Of a stretch of 64,000 nt of DNA, positions 8,907-18,018 are shown one piece after another. The notes beneath the pieces are model-generated. The model made no database searches, had not been told where the DNA came from, and saw only the letters and a list, made by a program, of their open reading frames with translations. The position numbers were made by a program, and so were the translations under genes. Every line of letters begins with the position of its first letter. Positions within the stretch are counted from its first letter, which is position 1. Source of the DNA: an uncultured Candidatus Saccharibacteria bacterium (lineage in GTDB: Bacteria; Patescibacteriota; Saccharimonadia; Saccharimonadales; CAIOMD01). The DNA lies in NCBI GenBank assembly GCA_903859365.1, contig CAIOMD010000002.1, positions 17,931 through 81,930 of the forward strand. The letters are read 5' to 3'.

Positions 8907-9371
8907 CTATTGTTTCGTTACATTTACCATTGCAGGGCGTATGATTTGCTCACCAAGCTGGTAGCCCGGCTGCAGCACTGCTGCGACAACTTCATGTTCA
9001 CCCGTTGCGTCTTCATTCATACTGACTGCTTCATGCCGATTAGGGTCAAATGCTTCCCCCTCAACACCTATTTTCCGAAGCCCGATAGCAGCAAGTTGTG
9101 TTTCGAGCTGTAGAGCAATTGAGGATACGCCCTTCACCCAAGCATGGTCTTTAATGTCTGCTGGTTCATGGGCAATTGCTCGTTCAATATTATCCAACAC
9201 GGGAAGGAGCGTTAGTACAGCTTGCTCTTTTCCTGCCTGAATAGCCCGAATCTTCTCTTCTTCGCTTCGTCTTCGAAAATTTATAAAGTCAGCTTGAACC
9301 CGCTGCAAATCAGCAGTGAGCTCAAGCATTCTTTCGTCATTCTTTGATGTCTTCTTCGGTTCTTTTGTCAT
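8907..9371 (-). CDS. grpE: nucleotide exchange factor GrpE
   Basis: 154 aa. Coiled-coil N-terminal part ([14 protein letters not shown]) and C-terminal beta domain (FDPNRHEAV). Positioned between hrcA and dnaK. Confidence 0.9.
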   Translation of the reverse strand: MTKEPKKTSKNDERMLELTADLQRVQADFINFRRRSEEEKIRAIQAGKEQAVLTLLPVLDNIERAIAHEPADIKDHAWVKGVSSIALQLETQLAAIGLRKIGVEGEAFDPNRHEAVSMNEDATGEHEVVAAVLQPGYQLGEQIIRPAMVNVTKQ

Positions 9372-9388
9372 ACTCTACTCCTTTTTCT

Positions 9389-10108
9389 TTAAAATAATGC
9401 TGCCTCAAGCGTAATACCGGTATGGCGAACGAGATTCATCACCGACTTATAGCTTTGCCGAGTTGGACCAACGATTCCGATGTAACTTCGATCACTGTAG
9501 GGGCTACTAAATCGGCTAATAATTAAGGTGCATCCACTTGTTTTTCCAATCGGATTCTCTTGTCCGATATAGACGCTCAACGGTTCATTTGGCTGTGCTT
9601 CACGAAGCCATGGTTCTAGATTATCGAGTAGCTGTGCAACTTCATGTATGGCGGTACCGCTGGCAAATTCCGGTTGTGAAAAAAGATTTGAAATACCACT
9701 CATATACAACTGATCACCAATGGTCGCTATACCAAGATTTTGCGTGATAGTTACAAGGCTATCGACTGCAGACTTAATAGCCTGCACTGCTTCACCGGCA
9801 CCATTAACTCTAGTGTCAATCGCTCTCGCATTGCGATTGATCTGTGGAGCAGTGAGCGCAAACTCATTTGCTTCATTAACCTGATTTACGTAAAACCTAT
9901 ACCCTTTGTCTGTTGGTACTCTTCCAGCTGAGGTATGTGGTTGTTCTATGAGACCCATTTCTTCCAATCGTGCCATTTCGCTGCGTATTGTTGCTGATGA
10001 AACACCAAACATATTAGCTAAAAGAATTGAGCCAACGGGAGCTGCTACTTCAGCATACTGCTCAACGATAGCGTTTAAAATCTTAATTTGTCGTGGTGAA
10101 ATCTGCAT
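9389..10108 (-). CDS. hrcA: heat-inducible transcription repressor HrcA (short form, 239 aa)
   Basis: N-terminal winged helix (SPRQIKILNAIVEQY...GVSSATIRSEMARLEEMGLI). First gene of the chaperone operon, with a perfect CIRCE upstream. Confidence 0.85.
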   Translation of the reverse strand: MQISPRQIKILNAIVEQYAEVAAPVGSILLANMFGVSSATIRSEMARLEEMGLIEQPHTSAGRVPTDKGYRFYVNQVNEANEFALTAPQINRNARAIDTRVNGAGEAVQAIKSAVDSLVTITQNLGIATIGDQLYMSGISNLFSQPEFASGTAIHEVAQLLDNLEPWLREAQPNEPLSVYIGQENPIGKTSGCTLIISRFSSPYSDRSYIGIVGPTRQSYKSVMNLVRHTGITLEAALF

Positions 10109-10130
10109 AGTTTTTCCTAGTACCTTTACT

Positions 10131-10159
10131 AGTTTAGAAAATTAGCACTCTACTGTCAA
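10131..10159 (-). promoter_or_regulatory. candidate promoter of hrcA operon (-35 inside CIRCE)
   Basis: Minus strand: TTGACA (complement of 10154-10159), 17-nt spacer, TAAACT (complement of 10131-10136). The -35 hexamer lies in the CIRCE spacer. Confidence 0.5.
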
Positions 10160-10168
10160 GAGTGCTAA
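10142..10168. promoter_or_regulatory. CIRCE operator (HrcA binding site)
   Basis: TTAGCACTC-N9-GAGTGCTAA, a perfect match to the CIRCE consensus inverted repeat, 34 nt upstream of the hrcA start. Confidence 0.9.
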
Positions 10169-10193
10169 TTATTTTATTTCTCCCTGTTATATA

Positions 10194-10928
10194 TTATTTT
10201 TTGGCTGTTAATTCATGCAGAAGTTGGCGAGCGTGCATCATCGCTTCTTGCTGAAGGGTGGTGTCGTCAATTTTTTGTACAATTGCATCAAGTTGCTTTA
10301 CTGCGCTCTCCAGCGAATCATTAATAATAAAAGTGAAGGTACCCGAAAGCAGCGCATAGTCTATTTCTGAGGCAGCGCTTGCTAGCCTTCGCTTTTTCTC
10401 TGCCTCATGCATGACACCCCTACGATCAAGCCGCTCCATCCACGTTTCAAATCGAGGTGGCAGAATAAAGATAGGGATAATGTTGTCACTCAATTTTTCT
10501 AACGTTCTACAGCCCTGCACATCAATATCTGTTATAGCAATTTTTCCTGCTTGGTGTGATTTTTCAATTTCTCGCATACTAATGCCTGACACTTGTTGGT
10601 CATGAATAATAGCAGCTTCCAAATACAGCCCGGCATTGAGATCTTCTAAAAATTCCTCCTCAGACTTAAACCAATACTCGTGCCCGTCTTGTTCTGGCAC
10701 ATCATTATTACTACGCGGGGGTCGTGTCGTATCTGAAACAATGTAGTAGTACGTATCTTTTTCAAGTAGTGCTCGAATAAGGGTATTTCTACCGGCGGCA
10801 GTTGGTGCAGCTAAAAGAACAAAAGGAGTTTGTTTGAGAACACTTAGTTGCTGTGGGCTTGGGCTATAACTTGCCAGGACTCTCGTGAAAGAATCTATTA
10901 ATTTGAGTGGCCTGTCATTGCTATTCAT
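10194..10928 (-). CDS. guanylate-kinase-like protein with degenerate P-loop
   Basis: SDTTRPPR...DGHEYWF...ITDIDVQG is GMP-kinase-like. The Walker A position reads AAPTAAGRNT instead of GPSGxGKST. Confidence 0.65.
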   Translation of the reverse strand: MNSNDRPLKLIDSFTRVLASYSPSPQQLSVLKQTPFVLLAAPTAAGRNTLIRALLEKDTYYYIVSDTTRPPRSNNDVPEQDGHEYWFKSEEEFLEDLNAGLYLEAAIIHDQQVSGISMREIEKSHQAGKIAITDIDVQGCRTLEKLSDNIIPIFILPPRFETWMERLDRRGVMHEAEKKRRLASAASEIDYALLSGTFTFIINDSLESAVKQLDAIVQKIDDTTLQQEAMMHARQLLHELTAKK

Positions 10929-10974
10929 AGGTATACTATACCTTGTATACTAACTACTTAATCAAGGATTTTTC

Positions 10975-11430
10975 ATGAAAGCACCAGATTTTTCACTTCC
11001 CGATCAAAACGGCACCATTCATTCACTCTCACAGTACAAAGGAAAATGGGTAGTACTGTATTTTTATCCCAAAGATAATACCCCAGGATGTACAAAAGAA
11101 GCCTGTAGCTTCAGGGATGGCCGCGATTATCTAGAGAATAAGGGAGCGGTGGTACTGGGAATCTCCAAAGATAGCGTAGCAAGTCATAAGAAGTTTGCTG
11201 ATGCACATAAACTCACCTTCACGCTCCTTAGTGACACATCAACTGATACGATAAAAGCCTATGGTTCATGGAAAAAGAAAAAGTTTATGGGAAGAGAGTA
11301 TGAAGGTATTAATCGTGATACTTATCTTATTAATCCAGAAGGTGATATCGCAAAAAAATATGAGGGTGTTAATCCATTAACTCACGTTGGACAAGTTTCT
11401 AAGGACCTTGCGGAACTTAGTCACGCTTAA
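10975..11430 (+). CDS. bcp: thioredoxin-dependent peroxiredoxin Bcp
   Basis: 151 aa. The FYPKDNTPGCTKEAC context of the peroxidatic Cys is typical of Bcp/PrxQ. Confidence 0.9.
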   Translation: MKAPDFSLPDQNGTIHSLSQYKGKWVVLYFYPKDNTPGCTKEACSFRDGRDYLENKGAVVLGISKDSVASHKKFADAHKLTFTLLSDTSTDTIKAYGSWKKKKFMGREYEGINRDTYLINPEGDIAKKYEGVNPLTHVGQVSKDLAELSHA

Positions 11431-13198
11431 GCAGAACTGTAAACGCATCAGATGGAATATCCACTTTACCAAAGCGCTTCATGCGCTTCTTTCCTTTTGC
11501 TTGTTTAGCGAGCAGTTTTTTCTTACGCGAGACATCACCACCATATAAATATCCCGTTACGTCTTTTCTAAATGCACTGATATCTTCGCGGGCTATAAAA
11601 CGTGCACCAATTGCTGCTTGCAGACTAATTTGGAAATTTTGTCTTGGAATGACGTCCTTAAGCTTCTTAACAATCTCTCTTCCTATGCCTGTTGCTTCAG
11701 ATTGATGGACCATAAGACTAAGTGCATCGATTCTTTCATTGGCTACATAAAAATCTAATCGCACTAATTGCTCAGCCCTATATTCACTTAAATCATAATT
11801 AAAAGAGCCATAGCCACTCGTAACACTTTTAAGTTGGTCATAAAAATCTGTTAAAAGGTTTGCGAGCGGCGCATCAAAACTAACCAACGCAAGTTGCGCA
11901 TCGACATAACTTAAGTTTTTATGTACTCCACGTTTTTGCACGATAAGCTGAATCACCGCACCAACATATTCTTTTGGGCAGACAACTTCACCTTTTATCC
12001 AGGGTTCTCTAATTTCAGCAATCTGAGCTGGATCCGGTAATTCGCTAGCACTCTTAATGTCTAACTCTTCACCATTTACGAGCAAAATATGATAGTCAGT
12101 GCTTGGGTTAGTAACAACAAGTTCGAGATCATATTCCCGCTCAAGCCGTTCCTTGACTATATCCATATGAAGTAAGCCCAAGAAACCGATTCGTACTCCA
12201 TAGCCAAGTACGGGAGAATTTTCTGGTGTAAATTGCAGGGCTGAATCGCTAAGACTTAATTTCTCAATCGCATCTTTCAAAAGTTGATAGTTTTCGTTAC
12301 TATCTGGAAAGAAACCAGCATATACAAAAGGCTTCACCTCTAAGTATCCCGGCAACGGACTGATTGCCTTATTTTTCTCAAGCGTAATTGTGTCGCCAAC
12401 TCGAGCTTCACGAGTACTTTTTAGATTCGTAACAATATAACCAATTTCGCCAGATCGCAAAACTCCAGTAGATTTCATTTCAGGTGTAAGACATCCGACC
12501 TCTAGCGCAATTCCTTCGCTCTTTGTGCCCATCATCTCCATAATGTCACTCTTTTGAATACCACCATCAAACACTCGTACATATAACACAACCCCCCGAT
12601 AATCGTCATAATAGCTATCGAAAATAAGCGCACGTGATGGCAGGTTTTGATCGACTACTGGTGCAGGAATCTTGGCCACAATCTCATCGAGTAATTCAGC
12701 AACTCCTAGTCCATTTTTTGCTGAAATATGCAGAATATCCTCCTTCTTGCATCCAAGAAGTGCAACCACTTCTGCTGAAACGCGCTCAACATCTGCTGCG
12801 GGCAAATCTATCTTATTGAGAACCGGTAATATAGTAAGGTCTGCGGCAAGTGCTAAATACACATTTGCTAAGGTTTGCGCCTGAATACCTTGGCTTGCAT
12901 CAACAACTAAAATAGCTCCTTCACAAGCCTCCAGACTTCGCGATACTTCATAACTAAAATCTACATGTCCAGGTGTATCGATAAGATTGAGCTCATAATT
13001 TTTATAATGCATCCGAACAGGCGCAAGCTTAATAGTAATGCCCTTTTCGCGTTCAAGATCCATTTTATCGAGCAGCTGCGCTTTCATGTTGCGTTTTTCA
13101 ACAGTACCAGTCAGCTCCATCAAACGATCGGCGAGCGTACTCTTTCCATGGTCTATATGGGCAATAATGCAAAAATTTCTAATTTCTTGTGGTGTCAT
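11417..13198 (-). CDS. lepA: translation elongation factor 4 (LepA)
   Basis: GTPase motifs AHIDHGKST, DTPGHVDF, NKIDL. 593 aa with the LepA-type C-terminal region. Confidence 0.95.
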   Translation of the reverse strand: MTPQEIRNFCIIAHIDHGKSTLADRLMELTGTVEKRNMKAQLLDKMDLEREKGITIKLAPVRMHYKNYELNLIDTPGHVDFSYEVSRSLEACEGAILVVDASQGIQAQTLANVYLALAADLTILPVLNKIDLPAADVERVSAEVVALLGCKKEDILHISAKNGLGVAELLDEIVAKIPAPVVDQNLPSRALIFDSYYDDYRGVVLYVRVFDGGIQKSDIMEMMGTKSEGIALEVGCLTPEMKSTGVLRSGEIGYIVTNLKSTREARVGDTITLEKNKAISPLPGYLEVKPFVYAGFFPDSNENYQLLKDAIEKLSLSDSALQFTPENSPVLGYGVRIGFLGLLHMDIVKERLEREYDLELVVTNPSTDYHILLVNGEELDIKSASELPDPAQIAEIREPWIKGEVVCPKEYVGAVIQLIVQKRGVHKNLSYVDAQLALVSFDAPLANLLTDFYDQLKSVTSGYGSFNYDLSEYRAEQLVRLDFYVANERIDALSLMVHQSEATGIGREIVKKLKDVIPRQNFQISLQAAIGARFIAREDISAFRKDVTGYLYGGDVSRKKKLLAKQAKGKKRMKRFGKVDIPSDAFTVLLKRD

Positions 13199-13218
13199 GT
13201 CGCGTTATTATACCTGAA

Positions 13219-14793
13219 TTATTCTATTTTGAGACGCCCAAATACAATCTTCTTCAATTTATCAATAACTGCTGTTGCTTCTTCAATTTCAAAAATATAG
13301 GAAACCACGACGTGCACAAAGAAAGTACAAAATGAGATAATGAAGACGTTCGTAAACAACGTTAGTCCCTGTGCGCCCTGATTAAGCGGTAATACACGAA
13401 TAGCTATAAGCGCGGTCAACGCACTAAATCCTGTAGCGGAAAGCGTTTTATAGGTGTCCTTGAAGAAAATTTGAGTGAAAAAGTGACGATCGCGTAGTGC
13501 CATAATGAGTACGAGGACGGCTACTTCAATGAGCGCCACAATACTTTGCGCAATTGCCAGTCCTTCTACTCCATAGACGCCTGGCTTTGAAAGTTTCCAG
13601 GCAAGCAAAATATTTAGAATGATAACAAGGATTGAAACATATAGTGGCGTCTTAGTGTCACGGTGTGCATAAAAATATCTTGAAATAATGGTATAGATAA
13701 TTCTAAAAAATATCGCCACACATAAGAAACCAAAAATCGCGGCGATATCTTGGTTACTTCTGGCAAAGATAATACGCGCCAAGTATCCTCGAGTAAAAAA
13801 GCAAACGACGACGACAGGTAATGAAATCCAGATCATAAGTCGTAGTACTTTTAAAAACTCTTCTTTAAATAGGTCAACCCTACCCTCTGCCAGTCGATGC
13901 GTTAATTTTGGAAAGGCTGCAGTTGAGATAGCGTTACCAATCAGCATTACGGGCGCATTATATAAAACGAGTGCATTGGAATAATTAGTTACTGAACCAA
14001 TCGATAAATCTGATGCGAACCGCGTTTCAACGATACTATTAATGCTATCTATGCCTTGATCGATTGACCGTGCTGGCATAATGCGAAGAATTTCTCTAAA
14101 ACTTTTATTCTTAAAATCGATCGTTGGCTTGTATCTAAAATTAAGCCCCTCCATTCCTAGTGCAATCACTAGAAGTTGTAAAACTGCACCAATAGCAATA
14201 CCAAGACTTAGTCCTACAATTCCAAAACGAGCTCCAAAAATATAAATACTCGCGATAATAGCGCCGTTATAGAGAAGTGGTGCGATGGCAAAGAAGAAAA
14301 AACGGCCCGTTGCTTGTTGCACGGTAGAGAGTACGGTCGATATTGCAAATAAAAATATATTGACTGAAATAATACGCATTATTGCAACTGTTAGATTGAG
14401 CTGTTCTGGTAAAAATCCAGGGACGACAATATAGTGCAGGAGCGGCCGAGCAAACACCATAATAATAATGGCTGCGACAAAACCAACAATCGCCAGTGCA
14501 TTAAGCACATAGCTGGCAACTTCCCAAGCTGACTGTTTATTTTGCTGCAAGCGCTCCGACAAAATTGGTAAGAATGCTACGCCAAGCGCACCGGACGCGA
14601 GTGTAAAAAATACAAAATCTGGGATTTTAAAGGCAGCGAAATAGGCGTCTGATTCAAAGTTGATGAAGTTTGCATTTACGAGTTTTGTGCGCAAAATTCC
14701 GAGCAATGCTCCAATCAAAGATGATCCTGCGAGCAGTAGTGCTGCTGACCCGAACGATGCTGTTTTGTTTGCTCGAAGTAATATGCGGCTCAT
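13219..14793 (-). CDS. murJ: lipid II flippase MurJ (MviN family)
   Basis: 524 aa with about 14 TM helices and MurJ-like conserved stretches (DAYFAAFKIPDF, ALSTAAFP-like NAISTAAFPKL). Confidence 0.85.
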   Translation of the reverse strand: MSRILLRANKTASFGSAALLLAGSSLIGALLGILRTKLVNANFINFESDAYFAAFKIPDFVFFTLASGALGVAFLPILSERLQQNKQSAWEVASYVLNALAIVGFVAAIIIMVFARPLLHYIVVPGFLPEQLNLTVAIMRIISVNIFLFAISTVLSTVQQATGRFFFFAIAPLLYNGAIIASIYIFGARFGIVGLSLGIAIGAVLQLLVIALGMEGLNFRYKPTIDFKNKSFREILRIMPARSIDQGIDSINSIVETRFASDLSIGSVTNYSNALVLYNAPVMLIGNAISTAAFPKLTHRLAEGRVDLFKEEFLKVLRLMIWISLPVVVVCFFTRGYLARIIFARSNQDIAAIFGFLCVAIFFRIIYTIISRYFYAHRDTKTPLYVSILVIILNILLAWKLSKPGVYGVEGLAIAQSIVALIEVAVLVLIMALRDRHFFTQIFFKDTYKTLSATGFSALTALIAIRVLPLNQGAQGLTLFTNVFIISFCTFFVHVVVSYIFEIEEATAVIDKLKKIVFGRLKIE

Positions 14794-14845
14794 AATCGTT
14801 ACGATTGACTATAAGTGTTTCAGTTCTATATCTCGAGCTGAGACA

Positions 14846-16711
14846 CTAGTACAGTGCTGCCTCTTTTGGCATTTTTGTTCCTTTTAATATTTTTGCGACC
14901 TCATCTGCTTCTACTGTTTCTTTTTCTAGTAGTACATCTTTGAGAGATTCAAGATATGTTCGATTTTGTTTAATAACCTGACGGGCTCTCTTTGCCGCCT
15001 CAGTGATAAGAGATTCAACTTCATCATCTATTATTTTTGCTGTTTCATCCGAATATTGTCGTTCATGTACAAGTCGTTCCATCATCATGCCGTCTTCAAT
15101 ATGAAACACTTGGTCACGAAGCTTTTTACCCATTCCTTGATTTACAATCATCTCCCTGGCGAGCTCTGCTGCTTTTTGAAGATCACTTCCTGCACCAGTT
15201 GTTACACGATCAGGGCCATATACAACTTCTTCAGCAATACGGCCACCGAGCATTCGAGCCAGCACATCCTTGTATTCAATAACACTATGGTAGCTTTTGT
15301 CTTCAGGTGGGATAAACCACGTGACACCACCAGTTCCACCGCGTGGAATAATAGTAACTTTATGAACAACATCACTATCTGGCAGCACCTGTCCTACGAT
15401 GGCATGTCCGGCTTCATGATAGGCCGTTAGTTCTTTTTCTTTATCATTCATAATCTTGCTCTTACGCTCTGGACCAATTGCTACTCGCTCAAATGCACTC
15501 GTAACGTCGGCTTCAGTAATTTCTGTCCTGTTTTCGCGTGCTGCAACGATTGCCGCTTCATTCGCTATATTTGCCAGATCAGCACCACTCGAGCCAGCAG
15601 ACTTTGCAGCAAGTGCATCAAGATCAACTCCCTTAGCAAGCGGCTTTTTCTCAAAATGTACTTTAAGGATTGCTAGTCGATCTTTTCGATCAGGCAAGCC
15701 TATAGATACCCTTCTGTCGAAACGACCTGGTCGAAGCAAGGCTGAATCAAGTACATCCATTCGGTTGGTCGCAGCAAGCACAATGACATTCTGCCCTTGC
15801 TCGAATCCATCCATTTCAACCAATATCTGGTTAAGTGTTTGTTCGCGCTCATCATGTCCGCCCCCCATACCGCTACCTCGTTTTCGTCCAACGGCATCAA
15901 TTTCGTCGATAAATATAATACACGGTGCGTTCTTTTTAGCTTTAGAAAAAAGATCTCGCACACGGCTTGCACCAACTCCAACAAACATTTCAACAAATTC
16001 GGATCCAGAAATACTAAAGAATGGGACGTTTGCCTCTCCGGCAACTGCTCGAGCAAGCATCGTTTTACCTGTTCCTGGAGGGCCGACCAGAAGCACTCCT
16101 TTTGGAATCTTTGCACCAACACTTAGGAACTTCTTAGGAAACTTAAGAAATTCTACAACTTCTTCTAAATCTTGCTTGGCTTCTTCGTTTCCAGCTACTT
16201 CACTAAACTTAACCGCTTCTTTATCGCTGCCATAGAGCTTAGCTGAGCTTTTACCGAAGCCGAGCGCCTGGTTGCCTTGCCCTTGAGCAGACCGCAGGAT
16301 AAATATGAGCACAAAGGTTATGATAACAACGGGGAGTAGATTTATAGCAATTGAAGCCCAGGTTGACCCAGTACTTGATGATGGCTTGAAAGTAACTGAA
16401 ACATCGCGGCTAGTAAGTCCTCCAGGGCCATACAGAGGAGCACCATCTTCTTTAACAGTCGATTCAGTCGGTTTGCTATTACCCTTGAGTGTCAATTGAA
16501 GATTATCTCCATTAACAAGAATGTTTGTGACGTCACCCTTGTTGGCACTATTCATTGCATCACTAAATGAAACACTAGTAAGTTTTGCGGGCTGATTGTA
16601 GCTAAGGAGGAATACTGCTGCAAAGGCCGCAATGATTACAACAAAGCCGACATTCTTAAACCACTTCTTTTTTTGAGTCTTTTTTGGGGGGTGTGATTGT
16701 TTTTTGTCCAT
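14846..16711 (-). CDS. ftsH: ATP-dependent zinc metalloprotease FtsH
   Basis: Two N-terminal TM segments, Walker A GPPGTGKT, Walker [13 protein letters not shown] region, HEAGHAI zinc motif. Confidence 0.95.
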   Translation of the reverse strand: MDKKQSHPPKKTQKKKWFKNVGFVVIIAAFAAVFLLSYNQPAKLTSVSFSDAMNSANKGDVTNILVNGDNLQLTLKGNSKPTESTVKEDGAPLYGPGGLTSRDVSVTFKPSSSTGSTWASIAINLLPVVIITFVLIFILRSAQGQGNQALGFGKSSAKLYGSDKEAVKFSEVAGNEEAKQDLEEVVEFLKFPKKFLSVGAKIPKGVLLVGPPGTGKTMLARAVAGEANVPFFSISGSEFVEMFVGVGASRVRDLFSKAKKNAPCIIFIDEIDAVGRKRGSGMGGGHDEREQTLNQILVEMDGFEQGQNVIVLAATNRMDVLDSALLRPGRFDRRVSIGLPDRKDRLAILKVHFEKKPLAKGVDLDALAAKSAGSSGADLANIANEAAIVAARENRTEITEADVTSAFERVAIGPERKSKIMNDKEKELTAYHEAGHAIVGQVLPDSDVVHKVTIIPRGGTGGVTWFIPPEDKSYHSVIEYKDVLARMLGGRIAEEVVYGPDRVTTGAGSDLQKAAELAREMIVNQGMGKKLRDQVFHIEDGMMMERLVHERQYSDETAKIIDDEVESLITEAAKRARQVIKQNRTYLESLKDVLLEKETVEADEVAKILKGTKMPKEAALY

Positions 16712-16720
16712 AAGATGTGA

Positions 16721-17656
16721 TTATAAAGGTTTTGAACCTCCTTGACTACCACGAGATTGAAAACGGGCCGACCTTTTTGTTAGCAGAACATCAACGCCAC
16801 TTGCTTGTAATATCTTTCCATGTGGCAAGGTTTTTATTTGAATACATATCCTCTCAATTGTTTTTTTATCTAATTCTTTAGCGCCCGCTTTGAGTAAAAT
16901 ACTACGTACTACTTCTCGCCCAATATCGTGCGGCAGCATAATAAACCATCTCCTATTTAATACGAGTTGGTTTTTATGAAGCCCTCGCCGAAGTAGATGC
17001 TCGATCTCTTGATCAATCTTTGTATTATGGTGTGCTGAATGATCCAGAATCGTCAGCCATTTTTGTCTGGCGGCATCATCCATTCTATGTACGACATTTT
17101 GCCGAATCCTGTTCCGCAAGTATTTTGGACTTTCGTTTGTACTATCTTCACGCCACTCAAGATTATTTTCTTCAGCATATCTAAATAAATCTTTTTTTGC
17201 CATCGAAAGCAGCGGTCGAACTAATTCCTTTGTGTCTTTCAATGAATTTAATCCGCTTCTGCCTGTACCCCTCAATAGATTGATCATACTTGTCTCAATG
17301 ACATCGTCCTGATGGTGGGCTGTAATTATGGCTATCGCGTGGTGATCGGCAGCAACTTTTCTTAGGAAGGAGTATCGATAATTTCGGGCAGCTTCCTCGC
17401 TCGCGTCGGGGCCAAGTTCTACTCGTTCCGTTTCAAATTTGTATCCATATTTTTGCGCGAGCGTTTCGACGAATTTTGCATCAAGCGCAGAATCACTTCT
17501 GATGCCATGATCAAAATGTGCAACTACAAGATCTAGCTCTTTTTGCTTTGAGAGAATATCTAGAAGCACAACTGAATCAACACCTCCAGAAACGGCAAGA
17601 ACATAAGTTCCGGGCTGTAAAGGAGTGCTATTTTGCATATTCACAAATGATATCAA
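16721..17656 (-). CDS. tilS: tRNA(Ile)-lysidine synthase TilS
   Basis: PP-loop SGGVDS and HFDHGIR. The track start is a TTG; the ATG at Met7 (17638) is an alternative start. Confidence 0.9.
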   Translation of the reverse strand: MISFVNMQNSTPLQPGTYVLAVSGGVDSVVLLDILSKQKELDLVVAHFDHGIRSDSALDAKFVETLAQKYGYKFETERVELGPDASEEAARNYRYSFLRKVAADHHAIAIITAHHQDDVIETSMINLLRGTGRSGLNSLKDTKELVRPLLSMAKKDLFRYAEENNLEWREDSTNESPKYLRNRIRQNVVHRMDDAARQKWLTILDHSAHHNTKIDQEIEHLLRRGLHKNQLVLNRRWFIMLPHDIGREVVRSILLKAGAKELDKKTIERICIQIKTLPHGKILQASGVDVLLTKRSARFQSRGSQGGSKPL

Positions 17657-17691
17657 AAAAGATCACCTAATTGTTGGTGATCTTATAAAAC

Positions 17692-17768
17692 TGGTAGCGG
17701 CGCCGGGGATCGAACCTGGGACCTTAGGCTTATGAGTCCTACGCTCTAACCAACTGAGCTACGCCGCC
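17692..17768 (-). tRNA. tRNA with CAT anticodon (elongator Met or Ile2-lysidine type)
   Basis: Reverse complement GGCGGCGTAGCTCAGTTGGTTAGAGCGTAGGACTCATAAGCCTAAGGTCCCAGGTTCGATCCCCGGCGCCGCTACCA. Cloverleaf with anticodon loop CTCATAA. Lacks initiator features (no GGG/CCC in the anticodon stem). Confidence 0.85.
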
Positions 17769-17823
17769 GAATTTAACTTCGATACTATAGCATATTCTTC
17801 TCTGTTGAACCAGAGATTTATAA

Positions 17824-17851
17824 ACAAAAATATCTACGAACCCGTAGATAT
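17824..17851 (-). terminator. intrinsic terminator after the 26-aa ORF
   Basis: Minus strand ATATCTACG-GGTT-CGTAGATAT (9-bp perfect stem) followed by TTTTTG. Confidence 0.6.
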
Positions 17852-17875
17852 TAATGTTTTTGCGTACCCTACCCG

Positions 17876-17956
17876 CTAGCCTAGAAGAGCATCAATGCTC
17901 AAAATGGCTTGGTCGCTTGTAGGAGTAAGCTCGTAGCTAATACCAATATCGCTCAT
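17876..17956 (-). CDS. candidate small protein (26 aa)
   Basis: Own translation MSDIGISYELTPTSDQAILSIDALLG. Strong SD AAGGAG 7 nt upstream of the ATG, a TATAAT-like box further upstream, and an intrinsic terminator downstream. Confidence 0.4.
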   Translation of the reverse strand: MSDIGISYELTPTSDQAILSIDALLG

Positions 17957-18018
17957 TGGTTACTCCTTTTTTTATTGTTTTTGTTTTGCTTTTTTATAGC
18001 AATGATTACATTATATGT

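Noticed and set aside
15456-16235. 259-aa ORF antisense to ftsH, plus several other ORFs inside ftsH
   Set aside because: A Ser/Ala/Arg-rich shadow ORF on the opposite strand of a strongly supported AAA+ protease gene, with no independent signals.
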